NCBI RefSeq assembly: GCF_009914755.1
Contig: NC_060926.1
Reading direction: 5' to 3' (one strand)
Length of the DNA: 64,000 nt
Source of the DNA: the human T2T-CHM13v2.0 reference genome, Homo sapiens
How positions within the stretch are numbered: the stretch's first letter is position 1; each line of letters opens with the position of its first letter. Shown here piece by piece: positions 31,595 to 44,233 of this stretch. The translations under genes and the position numbers were made by a program. The notes beneath the pieces were generated by a model. The model was not told the origin of the DNA. It did no database searches and worked only from the letters and a program-made list of their open reading frames with translations.

Positions 31595-34500
31595 AAACAC
31601 ACTTGCATAGTTATATTACAATTTTGTAAAAATAAAAACAGATTATCTCATGCCAAGCGTGCCCAGCATTTGCACAATCTCAATACCTTTAATACTATAA
31701 TTTTCAAGACACACAAAATAAAATTTTAAGGCAAAAACAGCACTTTGCAACAATTTAATAATTTATTACATTACAGTAGCATCACAGCAGCATTCAATAA
31801 TGCCACTTTAGGCAAAAGTCTTTCAGTATTTCCATTATAGATTCTGTTTACAAGAATTCATAAACTGGTAAAAGTCATTCTAAGAAAACCTGGCAAATAA
31901 AGCTTTGGACTGGAATTGGTATTTCTTTCTCTACTTTTCTTTCCCCCAGTTTCTTTCTTTTAAACTACAGTATTTATATTTTAAAATGTTTTATTTCAAA
32001 ACATTTAAATATCAGTTACATTTTTAATAGTTATATTATTTTAAAATGACTCTTTAAGATAAAGTTTTAGAGAAACTATATTATGGATAGGGCTGATTTA
32101 CATTCTCAAATTTTCTAAAAATCAGCTTTGGTTTTAGAACTGATTTTTTTCATTTCTGGAAAACCTAAAAGGTTTAATCAAATAATTTAAAAGTGATTAT
32201 TATACATTGCAATTGCAATCTTTAAACAGGTATTTTGATTCTTTACCTCCTACAGAAATTCAAATTTATTCAGTTGAACTCACATTTTAAAATTCTATGT
32301 TTCTGATGAACTCTAACCTTCTAATGTTGCCTTCTAAGCAAATTGAAAGCTGACTTATACTGAATGAGGAAGAGAACAAATACTTGGCTGAATGAGGTAT
32401 TGCAAAAGACAGCATGCACTTTTAAGAAAGACTTAAGTTATTATGTCATATGATTTCCATTCTTTTTATCTTTTTCTTAAATACATGACAAAATACCTAC
32501 ACAAAGAGTGGTATTTCAGTTAATATAGTAAATTTATTTTCCAGACTGACATTCAGCTTAAATACGCCAGTATATGATTTAATCCATAGGTACCTGATGA
32601 ACATATTATTTTCAGGTTGGTTACAGATGCTAAACGCTGTCTGAAGGTCATTCCTAGTAATTTATATTTATCAGTGTAAAAGTGAACTGATTTGAACTAT
32701 AAAAATACGTTTGAAATAATTCATCAATGTATTAGATAAACTCAGTTTCAGAATTATAAAGAAAAAACCTTAGACCAAATAATGTGGCTGATTAACAGTG
32801 GTATGATTTCTACCCCGAGGGTTTAAAAATGGATTTAAAGTAACTGTCTTTGAACTCAAAAGAATGCAAAAGCAGCAAGTTCAGAAAATAAAAGGCAAGA
32901 ACAGGTAATTAATACAATTTGGGAGAGTCAGTTGAATTCACAAGGACCCAGTCTTTGCACTCTTTCAGTGAATGCAGGCAAATCTGTTATTCTATCTGTA
33001 AAATGAAATTATTGCTTTCCTATTAATGTCATATTTATAAAAGTATCATGAGGATGCCAAATGCTAAAAATAGAGGTGGTCTAGTAACTAGAAATTGCCA
33101 CCCTAGGGAGCACACATACTTATCTCCCTACATCCTAATAATGTGATGTATTTTGGAACACAGACATTAGAACTTTATGAAGTTTTAACTGTTGATTCTT
33201 TCCCAAGCATCATAAAGTTATGATTTAGGCAATGTATGACTGAAATAATTCATTCATAATGTATAGGCACATTAACATAAATATTGCACAAAATATGCCT
33301 CTAACTGAAACTGAGAGGTACAAAAACATATTTCACTCTTTGTAAATAACTTTGTGAGGAAATATGACTCTGTGATTGTATATACACTTTTCCTGATACT
33401 TTGACATTCACAAACAGTAGATTGCACTGCAGTTTGTAAACATTTTAAGTTGCATAAAATTCTCCTTGATTTTCAAATATAGTATAATACTGTCTACTAA
33501 AACTCCTTTTTGTATCAACTAAGTACTCTCACATATATTAGTTTATAATAATGTTTGTTATTATTTTTTAAAGTGTTTTCCATTCCAGGAAAAGAAGTAA
33601 ATTCTTATGTCAAAGTAGCCAATATGGTTGAAGAACAGGTATTAGAGAAGTCTGATGGTAAAATCAATCTTAGAGCCTCAAAGAAGCTCCATGAACACAG
33701 AGGAATGCCAGGTGTTACACAGCTTTCCTTCACTCTAATTCATTCTTGACTAGAGCCCGCATGTCTGTTTTGGGGACATTTAAACTCTTAAAGGATTTCT
33801 TATGATATTTACTAAATACATTAAGAAGAATGTCAACCAGTGCCCCTTTGTATACTGGGACATGTAGTCACCTGATTAAAACAGGTAACAATGAACTCTG
33901 ACTTTAAAATGGATTAAGATATAAATGCTCTAAGCTAGGAAAGGTTTTTCCCATCTCACAGTCAATGATGGGAGCCTTTCATTCCTCAAAAATAATCCCT
34001 TTATAGGTCATCGAAAAAGAATACACACGCTGCAGCACATGATGCAGTACCTTCATTAGCCCAGAGCACATAAAGATCCTAAGCGAACTACCATAGGACA
34101 GTGCTCATTCTTGGGACTGGAACAAATGAAACACTGCACATACCTGCCAGAGCAGGCCACTTTCCTCTTCTCTGAGATTTAAAAAGCTCCCCCAAAATGT
34201 TGTTATTCCCATCCCAAATACACAGAAAACAGGGCATGGCTGTTTCCAGTTCTTGGCCTTTAAACATATCTAAATGTCAGTACTCATAGTGGCATATTAC
34301 AAAGTAATAAACAGTGCACACTTGAGGGCAAACCACATATTGAGCTAATTAAGAGCTCACTGTGATTAGGATTAGATCAAACATAATAGCAGAACATAAG
34401 CAAATTTTATCTGAATTCTGTAAATGAATACACATGTTGCAATAACATTAAAAAAGCATGGCAGCCTATTCCAAACCAGTAAGAATAGTTTGTGCAAATA

Positions 34501-34847
34501 GTGGGTCTTTGTGTGTTTGAACTCCCACCACATAAGGGCAAACTCAATATGCATGCTAATGACCTACAATTATCAAATTAAAAAAGAAGAAAAATGCTAA
34601 AGATGCCAGAGTGAACAGCAGGGAAAGCCACACAAAGACCCACTATCCTTTAACTTTTTACAAATAAATTTAAACTGTAAGTTAGAAACACAAAAAAATA
34701 ATCACAAGTGGCTCTAACATTCAAACGAAGTAAACGAATTGTGTAGGAGATATTTGATCAGGGCTGCCTGCCCTGCCTCCACGCTAGAGTGAAACTTGGA
34801 TAGTGGGTCTCTGGGGTGCTTTCACAACTGGAAGACAACATTGGGTC
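31570..34847 (-). other. ITSN2: Alternative terminal exon (3'UTR) of the short ITSN2 isoform
   Basis: Strong acceptor ttttctttttttag at 34848; the exon starts GA, completing T|GA stop after ...DPSQQ. About 3.3 kb AU-rich with no recognisable transposon. The 3' end is inferred from the poly(A) signal. Confidence 0.85.
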
Positions 34848-36136
34848 CTAAAAAAAGAAAATGAGGAATAAAATGAACATAATGCAAATTAGGTGGGTGA
34901 GATAAAATTTGACTAGTAACAACATGCAACATCAACTAAACAAATTTGAACTGTTAAAATTCTCTATCTTAAAAAAAGTTCTAATTATGTAACAAAATGA
35001 AAAATAATACTTATAAGGGCCAAAGAAACACAAATGGTAATCTATAATTTAACTAGCTTTCATTGACTATTACAAGAACTACAAACAGGTGATTCATCTA
35101 TAAAAAGCTGGGTAGGTACAACAAGGATCTCGTATCTATTCCTGACTTTAAGGATTAAGCATTTTCTGAACCATATCCTATTAAAATTATAGGTTTATAT
35201 AAACAATGTGAGTTCATAGCTACCAACACAATTAACATTAATCTTCATCTTCTTTGAAAAAGCAATTATGATTCTTCAATTTCTGATAAATAATTACTTC
35301 AAGTAAACAAAATCGGTACGCCTCACTTTCCTAGATAATTTAAACAGTTGTTTTATAGAAACAATAAACCATCTCAGAGGAACCTCTTTAGAATTTATCC
35401 TTAGAATTACAGAATTGAGAGCCCTTTTATTCCAGGATAGATGACAAGCCTTTAGCCATTCATTTAGGCAAAACAATAAAAGTATTCAGTTTTTAGATCT
35501 GATTAAACTAAAAAAAACCCACATATACCCGCCAGAAACAAGGTAATAGGTAAGTTACTGGTAATAACTTTATAACAAAGAGAAATTCGAAACTACTCTT
35601 ATTTTATAAAATAACCTCTTGAACATTTTGTTTTCCCAGCTGTCAGTATGTAAAATGACCAAGAAAATGATGAGTTCCTCCTTGCATCCCCAACATTTGC
35701 CCTTCCAGCAAACAATTAGTACTTATCCTTCATGTACCAGCTCAAATATCTTCTGTTGTATCTTTCACAACATGCCTTCTTTCTCCACAAAGATTTAGGG
35801 GGTCTTTTTCCAAAACATATTTGTATAAATATTCATTGCAGCAATTGTTATATTTATCTGAATGTTGTTCCCCACTAACCTCTAAAGCTACTTCAGAGAA
35901 TGGATTGTCTTGTGTTGTTTGTATTCCCAGTACTCCTAGTCAGTACAGAGTAGACACTCAAGTAATACCAAATGATGAATTTCTTAAATGAACAGTGGGA
36001 AGAATGTTAACATAGAATCCAAAACCCCCCAAAAGAGTAAAACCTGAAACACATAGGAGCTATAAAATCATTGCGTAGGTCAATAATGACCGAAAGACGA
36101 TTATTCTTTTTCTTCTTAATCTTTCAATATTTCCTT

Positions 36137-36379
36137 GTTTGTTTTGAGACAGGGTCTCACTCTGTTACCCAGGCTGGAGTACAGTGGCATGACCATGGCT
36201 CACTGCAGCCTCCCACCTCAGCCTCCCAGGCTGCTGGGACTATAGGGATATGCCACCACACTCAGCTAATTTTAAAAATTTTTCTGTAGAGATGAGGTCT
36301 CCCTATATTGACGATCAGTCTTCCTGCCTCGGCCTCCCAAAGTGTTGGGATTATAGGTGTGCGCCACTGTGCCCAGCCC
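36137..36379 (-). mobile_element. Alu (J-type) with internal deletions
   Basis: Reverse Alu missing segments in both arms. Confidence 0.88.
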
Positions 36380-38113
36380 TGCTATTTCCATGTTTTATTT
36401 CAGGGAGGGCTTGCATTACAATTGGTTGTCTTCTAGAGGCATGCTGTCTAATACAGGAGCCACAGGCCACAAGTGGCTATTTAGCTTAAAATTAAAGTTA
36501 AATTAAATTAAAAATTGAGTTTCTCAGTCGTATTAGCCACACTCCAAATAATCAAAAGTGACTAGTGGCCGCTGTATTGGAGAGTGGAGATATAGACTGT
36601 TTTCTGTATTGCATAAAATTCTACTGGATAGTGCTGTTTAGATTGGGTATCTCTCTCAACTACAGGCAGACTAAGGCTCTGCCAGTTCCACCTATACTAA
36701 AATAGCAGACGAAGCATTTTCTGGGCAAAAGTAATTTGCATGACAAATGTGTCCTTGAATAATAACTAACAGATGATATCAATCTATTTTCTGTATCATT
36801 AGTGTATTAAACATTTACTGACAACCAGAAACTATGCTGCTTCTTTTTGGAATAAAAAATTGTCACTCAATTAACTCTCTGGGAAAGTTACTTTTCTAGG
36901 AGACTGTTACTGCCTTGAAGTAGATTTCTCTAGAGTAATTTTTAAATTATCTGCAGAGGGGAAACTGAAAGGACCTTCATAAAATAGGCGGGGGAAAGGT
37001 ATAAGACCTGGGGCCATGGTCCTGTCCTTCCTTTCAAACAGCTTTTATCTGTTCTTTATATTCCCTATTCTATGAGGCTTAATTGGAAAAAGTGTTTCAA
37101 ACCACAACAACATATTCAGAAAACCATCACTTTAGATCATAGATGCTATAGAAGCCAAATGTACTGACACACCGGCATGCCTTCAGGGATCACTAGCCAA
37201 AGATCTTCCAAACCCAGTAGGTCTGAAAAGTCTTTTCCATTCTCAACACCAAGAAAGATGCCACAGCTAGTTAGATAAACTGGTTTCTAATTAATCATTG
37301 TGAACTGCCAAACCATCAGCAGAGCTTAAAAATGATCATTTATTAGGCAACCCAAGTTACAATTTTCTTTATCACTTCTGAAACCCTCCAATATTTTTGG
37401 GACTATTCAAATCACAAAAAACTGGATTCCTCCCATCTCCAAGTTGGGAAACTTAGTTGCTTTATGTAAAGGGAAGGTTTCTCCCAGGGTCAGAACTATC
37501 TTTATAAGCTCTAAAGTGAGAATGCACAAAATTATAGATATGGTATAAATTCATAATCCTTATACTGAATCATAAGTGTATCTGAGTTTTGTTTGGGTTA
37601 CCTTTTATATATTCTCAGCAACTGAATTTAAATGAAAGGCTAAGTATTTTAAATTTCATAAGAGATATATCATGAGATATTTTAAAAATAAAACTAAAAA
37701 TCAAAAGAGTGGGAAAAAGTGACAATCATTTCATAAAGGTAAAAAGTTATTTCCAAGTACTATTCATTCCCTAATTTATTACTAATGCTATATTTACTGT
37801 CAACCAAAAGAACGGCTAGATAAATACAGAGAGATAATTTTATATAGTACCAAACTTCACACTTCGAGATCTGGACCCTTGTTCTGAAAATAATGAAATA
37901 GACCTTGATTGATACATCCCTTGTGGAAAAAGGTGACTATCTAAAGAATCACCTGACAAGAATCTTGCAACAGTCAAATATTTAATTTTTAATTTTCTTC
38001 CAACATGGATGATATGTAAACAGCGAGAAATAAATGAGAAGGTTAGAAATGTAATGGCTTCTGTACACTAAAAGAGTAATTTTGAATAGGTGAATAGGGT
38101 AATTGCTGGCTAC

Positions 38114-38415
38114 TTTTTTTTTTTTTTCTCTTGAGACAGGGTTTCACCTTGTTGCCCATGCTGGAGTGCAGTGTGTGTGATCATGACTTACTGCACTCTT
38201 AACCTCCCGGGTTCAAGAGATCTCCCACCTCAGCCTCCCAAGTAGCTGAAACTACAAGCACGTGCCACCACACCCAGCTAATTTTGCTATTTTTTGTCGA
38301 GATGGGGTTTCGCCATGTTGCCCAGGCTAGTCTCCAATTCCTGGGCTTAAGGGATCCTGCGTGCCTTGGCCTCCCAAAGTGCTGGGATTATGGGTGTGGG
38401 CCATTGCGCCCAGCC
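38114..38415 (-). mobile_element. Alu (J-type)
   Basis: Poly(T) plus reverse Alu; flanking GCTACTTTTT. Confidence 0.93.
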
Positions 38416-38764
38416 ACTAGCTACTTTTTATTAAACCAAAAAAGAACATGGGACACTGAAAAAGAGGATGATAGTAAAAAGAAGCTGCAGTATAGATGGC
38501 AGTCATACCAAAGAACTCATAGGAAAAATTATATACTCTCAGATTAAGTCTAATACGAAAGTCTGGAGCTAGCAAGTATTTAAAATAAAGCTGTATAACT
38601 TCTGACCTTGTAAAAAGTTTCCTTTTGTTTCTTCTCACTTTAAACACTAATCTACATTTGCTGTGAGTGCTGAGTTTAAGATCTAATCCAGAAAAGGAAT
38701 AAATGCAGTGCTGTATATTGAAGTTTCACACTAGGTGAGAGAAAAATAATTTAATATTACTCAC

Positions 38765-38956
38765 ACTGTTGACTTGGATCTGAGTCTGTCGTCATCTTAA
38801 CGTAGTTTGAAGGAAAGAGACCAGTCACCCCGTTGATCTCTCCTTGCCACCAATCAGGATCATCTTTGTTCATAACATTAATGAGTTGTCCCTTGGAGAA
38901 ACTGAGCTCATCTTCATTATTTGCTGCATAGTCATACATAGCAATCACCTGACATA
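38765..38956 (-). CDS. ITSN2: ITSN2 exon, SH3E: (V)[22 protein letters not shown]...TTDSDPSQQ
   Basis: 192 nt, phase 1/1; acceptor gatag, donor gtgagt; SH3 motifs WW and FPSNY. Confidence 0.97.
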
Positions 38957-39432
38957 CTATCACAAGAATAACAAAATAACACATTAAACAAATTAATTAT
39001 TCCTGCAAGGGTCAATCATTTGTAATCTCCCTAGGATTTAAATTATTTTAATATTAAATATTAAAATTAGGCTAAAATTTCCCTTGAACTGCTCTTTCTC
39101 ACCCTCCTTCCCCTATTCCTGGTCTTACAAAAACAAGAATTTCCCAACTGCAGTTAACAATCCAAGTGAAGTACTTCACTTTAAGTATGATGGTGTAACA
39201 ATTTCACATTGAAAGATTTCAAAGAGTCGAAGTGGTTCAAGTATCAGTGAATAAGCTGGCTGTTCCTACACTGAACTTTTCAGAAAGGAAATTCTCAGTG
39301 GCATGTCCCTTTTAAGCAGACATAAGGAAAGAACACATTTTTAATGTTTTCCAAAGATTGAGCTAATCTAAGAAGTTGCTGAGTTTTAACAAACTCCTCT
39401 AAAATGAAATACAAATTAACCCACTTCCATAC

Positions 39433-39529
39433 CAGGATGAAAGGCAGGTGTGGCTCTTTCACTACTTGGACCCAAAAGTTTAACATGACTGGCAGGAAAC
39501 CATCCTTTCTGTCGCTTTTTTCCTCTGGC
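39433..39529 (-). CDS. ITSN2: ITSN2 exon, SH3D C-half: [32 protein letters not shown]
   Basis: 97 nt (96+1); acceptor ttttag, donor gtatgg. Confidence 0.96.
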
Positions 39530-39619
39530 CTAAAAATTAGCAAAAGAAATACATAATTGAAAGATGAGATTAAAAACAATCATTGAGACATAACTTAAAA
39601 ATTAGAAAAACCATAAATG

Positions 39620-40170
39620 TGTAGTAAATAATTTAATTTTGCCTAAAGAGAGGTCTGGTTTTTGCCCTCAGCTCCTGGAAAGTAATCTCTAAATCCTTGG
39701 ACTATCCTGACTGGTCAGAGTGTCTTAGTTTACCTGTGGGTACTGGGTCATGCCAAATCTAACAATGTGATGTGCTTTGGGTCATGCAGTATCAGCTCTA
39801 CCTTGGTAGGGGATGGAGACTGAGTTCAGAAAAACGGGCAATCAACTGTATCTATGTGAGGAACCCCAGTCAAAACTGCACACCAAGGCTTTGCTGACTG
39901 GCAATACTCTGTGTGTATTGTCACACATCATTGCCAGGAGGAGTTAATACTGTTCATGACTCCGCCAGGAGAGGACAACTGGAAGCTCTGTTTTTGGAAC
40001 TCTACTGCACTCTGCCCCATGTGTCTCTTCCCTTGGCTGACTTTAATCTGTATCCTTTCATTGCAATAAACTGCAACATGAGTGTAATAGCTGTAGTGAG
40101 TTCTGTAAAGTCCTTCTAGTGACTTACAGAACTTGAGAGTAGTCTTGAAGACCCCCAAATTTGGAATTGG
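39620..40170 (+). mobile_element. Solo LTR (MER21-like)
   Basis: TGTAG start; ttggctgactttaatctgtatccttt...AATAAA; ends near gacccccaaattt. Confidence 0.6.
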
Positions 40171-41264
40171 TTTCAAATATGAGCATGATCTTGGGGGCCT
40201 CGAACTCAGCATTAGCCTTTCAAGTAAACATTAAACAACTGGAAGACACACTAAAACATGCATCTCAAACTACTGCTGAAAACAGCATCTGAAGAAGTCT
40301 ATGTGGAGGTCTTTCAGGCTCAGAGTTCTCGGAATATTTCACAAAAATATTTATATTCTAAAAAGACATTTCTAGAGTTCTCCTAACCCTTAAAATGGTG
40401 CAGCCGACTACAAATACTTCTTGGAGCTTTGTTAATCATTAATCAGGAGGTCAGAAGTAAAATTTGTAAAGAGTCATGTTTCCCACTTAGTTCGGTCCAT
40501 CTTCAAAGTAAATCAGAAGGTGGAATTTCAGGGGGTTATTCAAGAAGGTATTAAATTTGAACCCCCATTTTTCTTCAGGAATCCTAAGACTCCTGATTTG
40601 CAAGAATGAAGCTATGTTTATCCTCCATACTACAATTATATATCACTCATATAAAAATATAGCTATTATATCTCTTGTCATCTTTTAATCCCTAAAATGC
40701 TTTTTAGTTTTAACTAGTAAGGAAATAATAGAAGTGAGAGAAGAACCCTTTTCCTGTATCAAAACATATGCAATAACCATCTATTAACGTTTTAGGGAAA
40801 AAAAAAAGGTTCATCTATGTCTGTATTGTCTTTAATTGCACTGCTGTTTCAAAAACCTAAGACCACTAGCGGACAGCCCAATTAGTAGTATTTTCTCAGC
40901 ACACCATCTAGATTATGTCTTTCTCCTAGAGGCTATACTGCAAGCCTGGGACTATCCCAGGGAAAGATGATGCTGTTTCTTTAAGAACATGATCTGTGAA
41001 TTATAAAGGAATGCATTATTGGAAAACAATTATGTCTTTGGAGAAAATTATTCCTTAAATTGTTACTTATAACATCAACTCAACTGTGCTAAAAATGTAC
41101 ACACAAGAGACTAAAGGAAATATAATGCAGTAAAATATTGATATTGATTACCTCTAAGTGGAATGATTATGGGTGATCTAAAAATTTTTATTAATTTTAT
41201 CTTTTTTATGGAGCATGCAGTACTTTTATAATAAAATTTATAGATGCTATTTAAAGAATATTAC

Positions 41265-41386
41265 CTGTAACTCTCCTTGCCACCACCCACTTGTATTTTT
41301 CTTTAGAATTAATATTAACTGTCCTGGTGCAAGGCTAAGTTGTTCAGAACCAGAAGCAACATATGCTGAAGTTACCTGAGCAATCT
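41265..41386 (-). CDS. ITSN2: ITSN2 exon, SH3D N-half: (E)[40 protein letters not shown]
   Basis: 122 nt (2+120); acceptor tttcag, donor gtaata. Confidence 0.96.
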
Positions 41387-41472
41387 CTGAAAAGACAAAG
41401 AAGAAACTATGAATTCAAGATTGCGACAGAGCAAACACGTTAGTAATTTTTTAAGATCACTACTATACGTAC

Positions 41473-41518
41473 CAGGTTTTTTATTTGATGCTCCAGACTT
41501 GCTAGCACTCCCAAAACT
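41473..41518 (-). CDS. ITSN2: ITSN2 small linker exon: SFGSASKSGASNKKP
   Basis: 46 nt (45+1); acceptor ttgtag, donor gtacgt; followed by an 86-nt intron. Confidence 0.94.
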
Positions 41519-42204
41519 CTACAAGGAAAAGATACCGTGTTGTTTTATTATTTCCAACAATCCAAATGTAAAAGTATAAAGGTTAATGGGAATTAGAGAT
41601 TTCAAATTCCCAGGATTCTTTTCTCTTTAAATGAAGATGAAAATGACAATGAACCTCATGCAGTATTAACAAATAAGTGAAAAATCCAACACTTATGAGG
41701 AGATCTGGTCTGCTAATGTAATACATTATATACGAGTGGCTGTCATCGTCAACCATTGACTCAACAGGAAGAGCTCGTTTTCTGAAACCTAAATATTAAA
41801 CATGACCCTCCAGGCCAAATGCACTCCATTTATCAATGGCGTTAGCACCAATGCCCACTATGCACAACATATGTGTCCTGGATATGTCAAGGTATATGTT
41901 ATTTTGCTCCTGCTTTCTCTAAGGGATCCTGACTTATCTATGGATCTTGATGAACAGGAGACAATGTTTTTATTTTTATTTATTTTACCATCCTCCCCCC
42001 AAACTGACTGAATCTGACCTAAGAACAAAAAATCCCTATCCTGTGTAGCAACTATTACTTCTGTTTCACTTTAAAGGATAAACTGGCCCAACCACATTTC
42101 CTCTTTATAGGAATTTGAACAACAAAAGGGATGGGATTAAAAAGAATTTTGTTCTGTTAGTGAACATAGCTGCAGTACAAGTATTAAGCAGAGTGGATGG
42201 TAGT

Positions 42205-42425
42205 TAAAAGCTAACATTTTCTGAGTACTGTATAACAGACACTGCTCTAAGAGGTTCCATATATTCTGCTATTTAATTTTCACAATAACACTATTAAGTA
42301 ATTATGATTATCCCCATTTTACAGAGAAGGAAACTGAGGCACAGAAAGGTACAGTAACTTGTCCAAGGTCACCCAGGCTCTAAGTGTTACAGCTAAGAGT
42401 CAACCCAGGCAGTCTGATTCTACTA
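42205..42425 (-). mobile_element. MIR
   Basis: Core ccccattttacagagaaggaaactgaggcacag...aacttgtccaaggtcac. Confidence 0.85.
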
Positions 42426-43563
42426 CACCAATGGCTCTCAGCATGTGGTTTGTAGAACCTGGAAATAGTCCTTGAGCCTCTTTCAGGGGTCTGTGGGATA
42501 AAAACTATCTTCATAAAAATACTAAGACATTATTTGTCTTCTTCACTGTGTTGACATTTACAGTGGTGGGTAAAATCATTGGTGCTTTAGTGTGAATCAT
42601 GGCAGTGGCACCAAATGACACTGAAGTATGGTAGTGTTCTTCACCGCCATGCACTCACAGTAAAACAAAGCCAGTTTCACTTAACAATGTCTTTAATGAA
42701 ACAGCAAAAATTTTATTAAATCTTAATCTTCAAGTCCATACCTTTTAAAAGTTCTGTGTGACTAAACAGAAGTGTGCCTAAAACATCTGTGCTGCATACT
42801 AAAGTATGACGGTTGTCTTAAGGAAAGTATTTGTGTGACTAAATTGTCCACTCAACTAGGTTTTTCATGGAACAACATTTTTACTTCAAAGAACCAACAG
42901 AAAAACTATTTAGACTTGGGATTTAGCGAACATTTTCTTAAAAATGAAGTAAGCCTGTCCCTTCAAGGAAAACAGCTGGCAGGATTTTTTGCCAATGATA
43001 AAATTCAAGATTTCCAGGGAAAATTAAAATTTTAGAAAATTTGTACCTACCACTATGAGTCTGACAGTTTCCTAGTATTGAAAAACTTTTCTGATGAGTG
43101 GTGGTATTAACACATACGATTTTTCAGATACTGTGTAATGAAATGTGTCCACACAGGGAATATCTGCATAACTCAGTGATTCAATATTTTCCAAATAAAC
43201 AACAAATAATGTTATCACATCACGCACGGGTAAAAGATCCACTCAACATGCAAAACAGACTAGTGAATTTTAATGTAACAGTAAGAACTGTTCACCGATA
43301 GGGCTTCAGATTCCATGTTGCAACTAACCTGTAACGATTCAGCATTTGTCAAGTTTTAGTGTGGTAGAATAAAAAAGAACATTGGTAGATATCTGCAAAT
43401 GCTATTAAAATACTTCTTCATTTTCTCTCATGTATGTGTGAGGATGAATTTTTTTATACTTCAACCGAAAAAAAAAATGTCACCGACTGAATACAGAAAC
43501 AGACATGAGAAAGTAGCTGACTTAGTTAAGTCAGACTAAAGAGATTTGCAAAAATATAAAACA

Positions 43564-43956
43564 GCCTGTAATCCCAGCACTTTGGGAGGCCAAGGCAGGT
43601 GGATCACTGGAGGTCAGGAGTTCAAGACCAGCCTGGCCAATATGGTGAAACCCCGTCTCTACTGAAAATACAAAAATTAGCTGGGTGTGGTGGCTCATGC
43701 CTGTAATCCCAGCACTTTGGGAGGCTGAGGCAGGCAGATCACTTGAGGTTGGGAGTTCAAGACCAGCCTGACCAACATGGTAAAACCCCGCCTCCACTAA
43801 AAATACAAAAATTAGCCAGGCATGGTAGCGGATGGCTGTAATCCCAGCTATTCAAGGGGCTAAGGCACGAGAATTGCTTGAACCTGGGAGGCGGAGCTGT
43901 AGTGAGCCGAGATCCAGCTTGGGCAACAGAGCTAAACTCCATCTCAAAAAAAAAAT

Positions 43957-43982
<26 letters not shown>
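43564..43982 (+). mobile_element. Alu left arm followed by a near-complete Alu
   Basis: Two successive left arms, a right arm, then a long A-tail. Confidence 0.92.
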
Positions 43983-44048
<66 letters not shown>

Positions 44049-44233
44049 GTGTGTATATATGTGTATATATATGTGTATATATATGTGTATATATATATGT
44101 GTGTATATATGTGTGTATATATATGTGTATATATATGTGTATATATGTGTATATATATGTGTGTATATATATACACACACACATATACATATACACATAC
44201 ATATGTATGTATACGTATATATACGTGTGTGTG
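43983..44233. repeat. Compound microsatellite (TA)n(TG)n with mixed TA/TG and CA/TA blocks
   Basis: Directly visible; begins at the Alu tail. Confidence 0.97.
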
